From: Octopus bimaculoides
Lineage: Eukaryota
NCBI RefSeq assembly: GCF_001194135.2
Contig: NC_068983.1
Location: 63,545,533-63,598,231 of the forward strand
Length of the DNA stretch: 52,699 bases
Direction: 5' to 3'
Shown one piece after another: positions 52,363-52,699 of the stretch; the stretch's first letter is position 1, and every line of letters begins with the position of its first letter. The notes beneath the pieces are model-generated. The model saw only the letters and a program-made list of their open reading frames with translations, was not told the DNA's origin and searched no databases. The translations under genes were made by a program, and so were the position numbers.

Positions 52363-52556
52363 TGTTGTAATCTTCTGTCGGACTGTTATCACGACTAATC
52401 CCGTGTAACAGTTTAGTTAGTTAGACAAATAAGACCATGACTATCTACTTCGTACTCTCTACTTATACTGACACTGACTGACAGTATTTATAGTTACATT
52501 ACATACCACTCGTCACGTGGGAGGAGTATACCATTATTACTATTATTCCCATAACA
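52363..52556 (-). repeat. 5' LTR (194 bp)
   Basis: Roughly 80-85% identical by eye to 48644-48846 with a 10-bp indel; TATAAATA on the minus strand in both LTRs. Confidence 0.95.
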
Positions 52557-52566
52557 GAAGTATACA

Positions 52567-52609
<43 letters not shown>

Positions 52610-52643
52610 TATATATATATATGTATATATATAATATATATAC

Positions 52644-52699
<56 letters not shown>

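Larger units (their letters stand above)
48644..52556 (-). mobile_element. Ty3/Gypsy LTR retrotransposon, Mag/K02A2.6-like, decayed and internally deleted (3913 bp)
   Basis: Two LTRs, PBS, PPT, gag with two Zn knuckles, RT, RNase H and integrase in Gypsy order. Flanks gatgc and gaagt may be a decayed 5-bp TSD. Confidence 0.95.

Overview
AT-rich animal genomic DNA from a gappy short-read scaffold (about 20 N-runs, most flanked by microsatellites). The SINE families and repeat landscape are consistent with an octopus genome; this is inferred from family recognition, not a search. I found no confidently supportable host gene, rRNA, tRNA gene or CRISPR array. Most supplied ORFs are microsatellite or N-gap artefacts. 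The window is mostly decayed mobile elements: a Ty3/Gypsy (Mag-like) LTR element with both LTRs, a tRNA-Ser PBS and a PPT (48644-52556, minus); three pieces of one R4/Dong-like RLE non-LTR family, all abutting (CATA)n arrays; two RTE fragments; a Tx1/L1-like deletion derivative; mariner and DD37D-like transposase fragments; Helitron remnants; Penelope-like pLTR relics with hammerhead-ribozyme-like cores; two palindromic MITE-like elements; and about ten tRNA-derived SINEs. The strongest lead is a possible (CATA)n-microsatellite-targeting RLE retrotransposon. All translations and alignments were done by eye.
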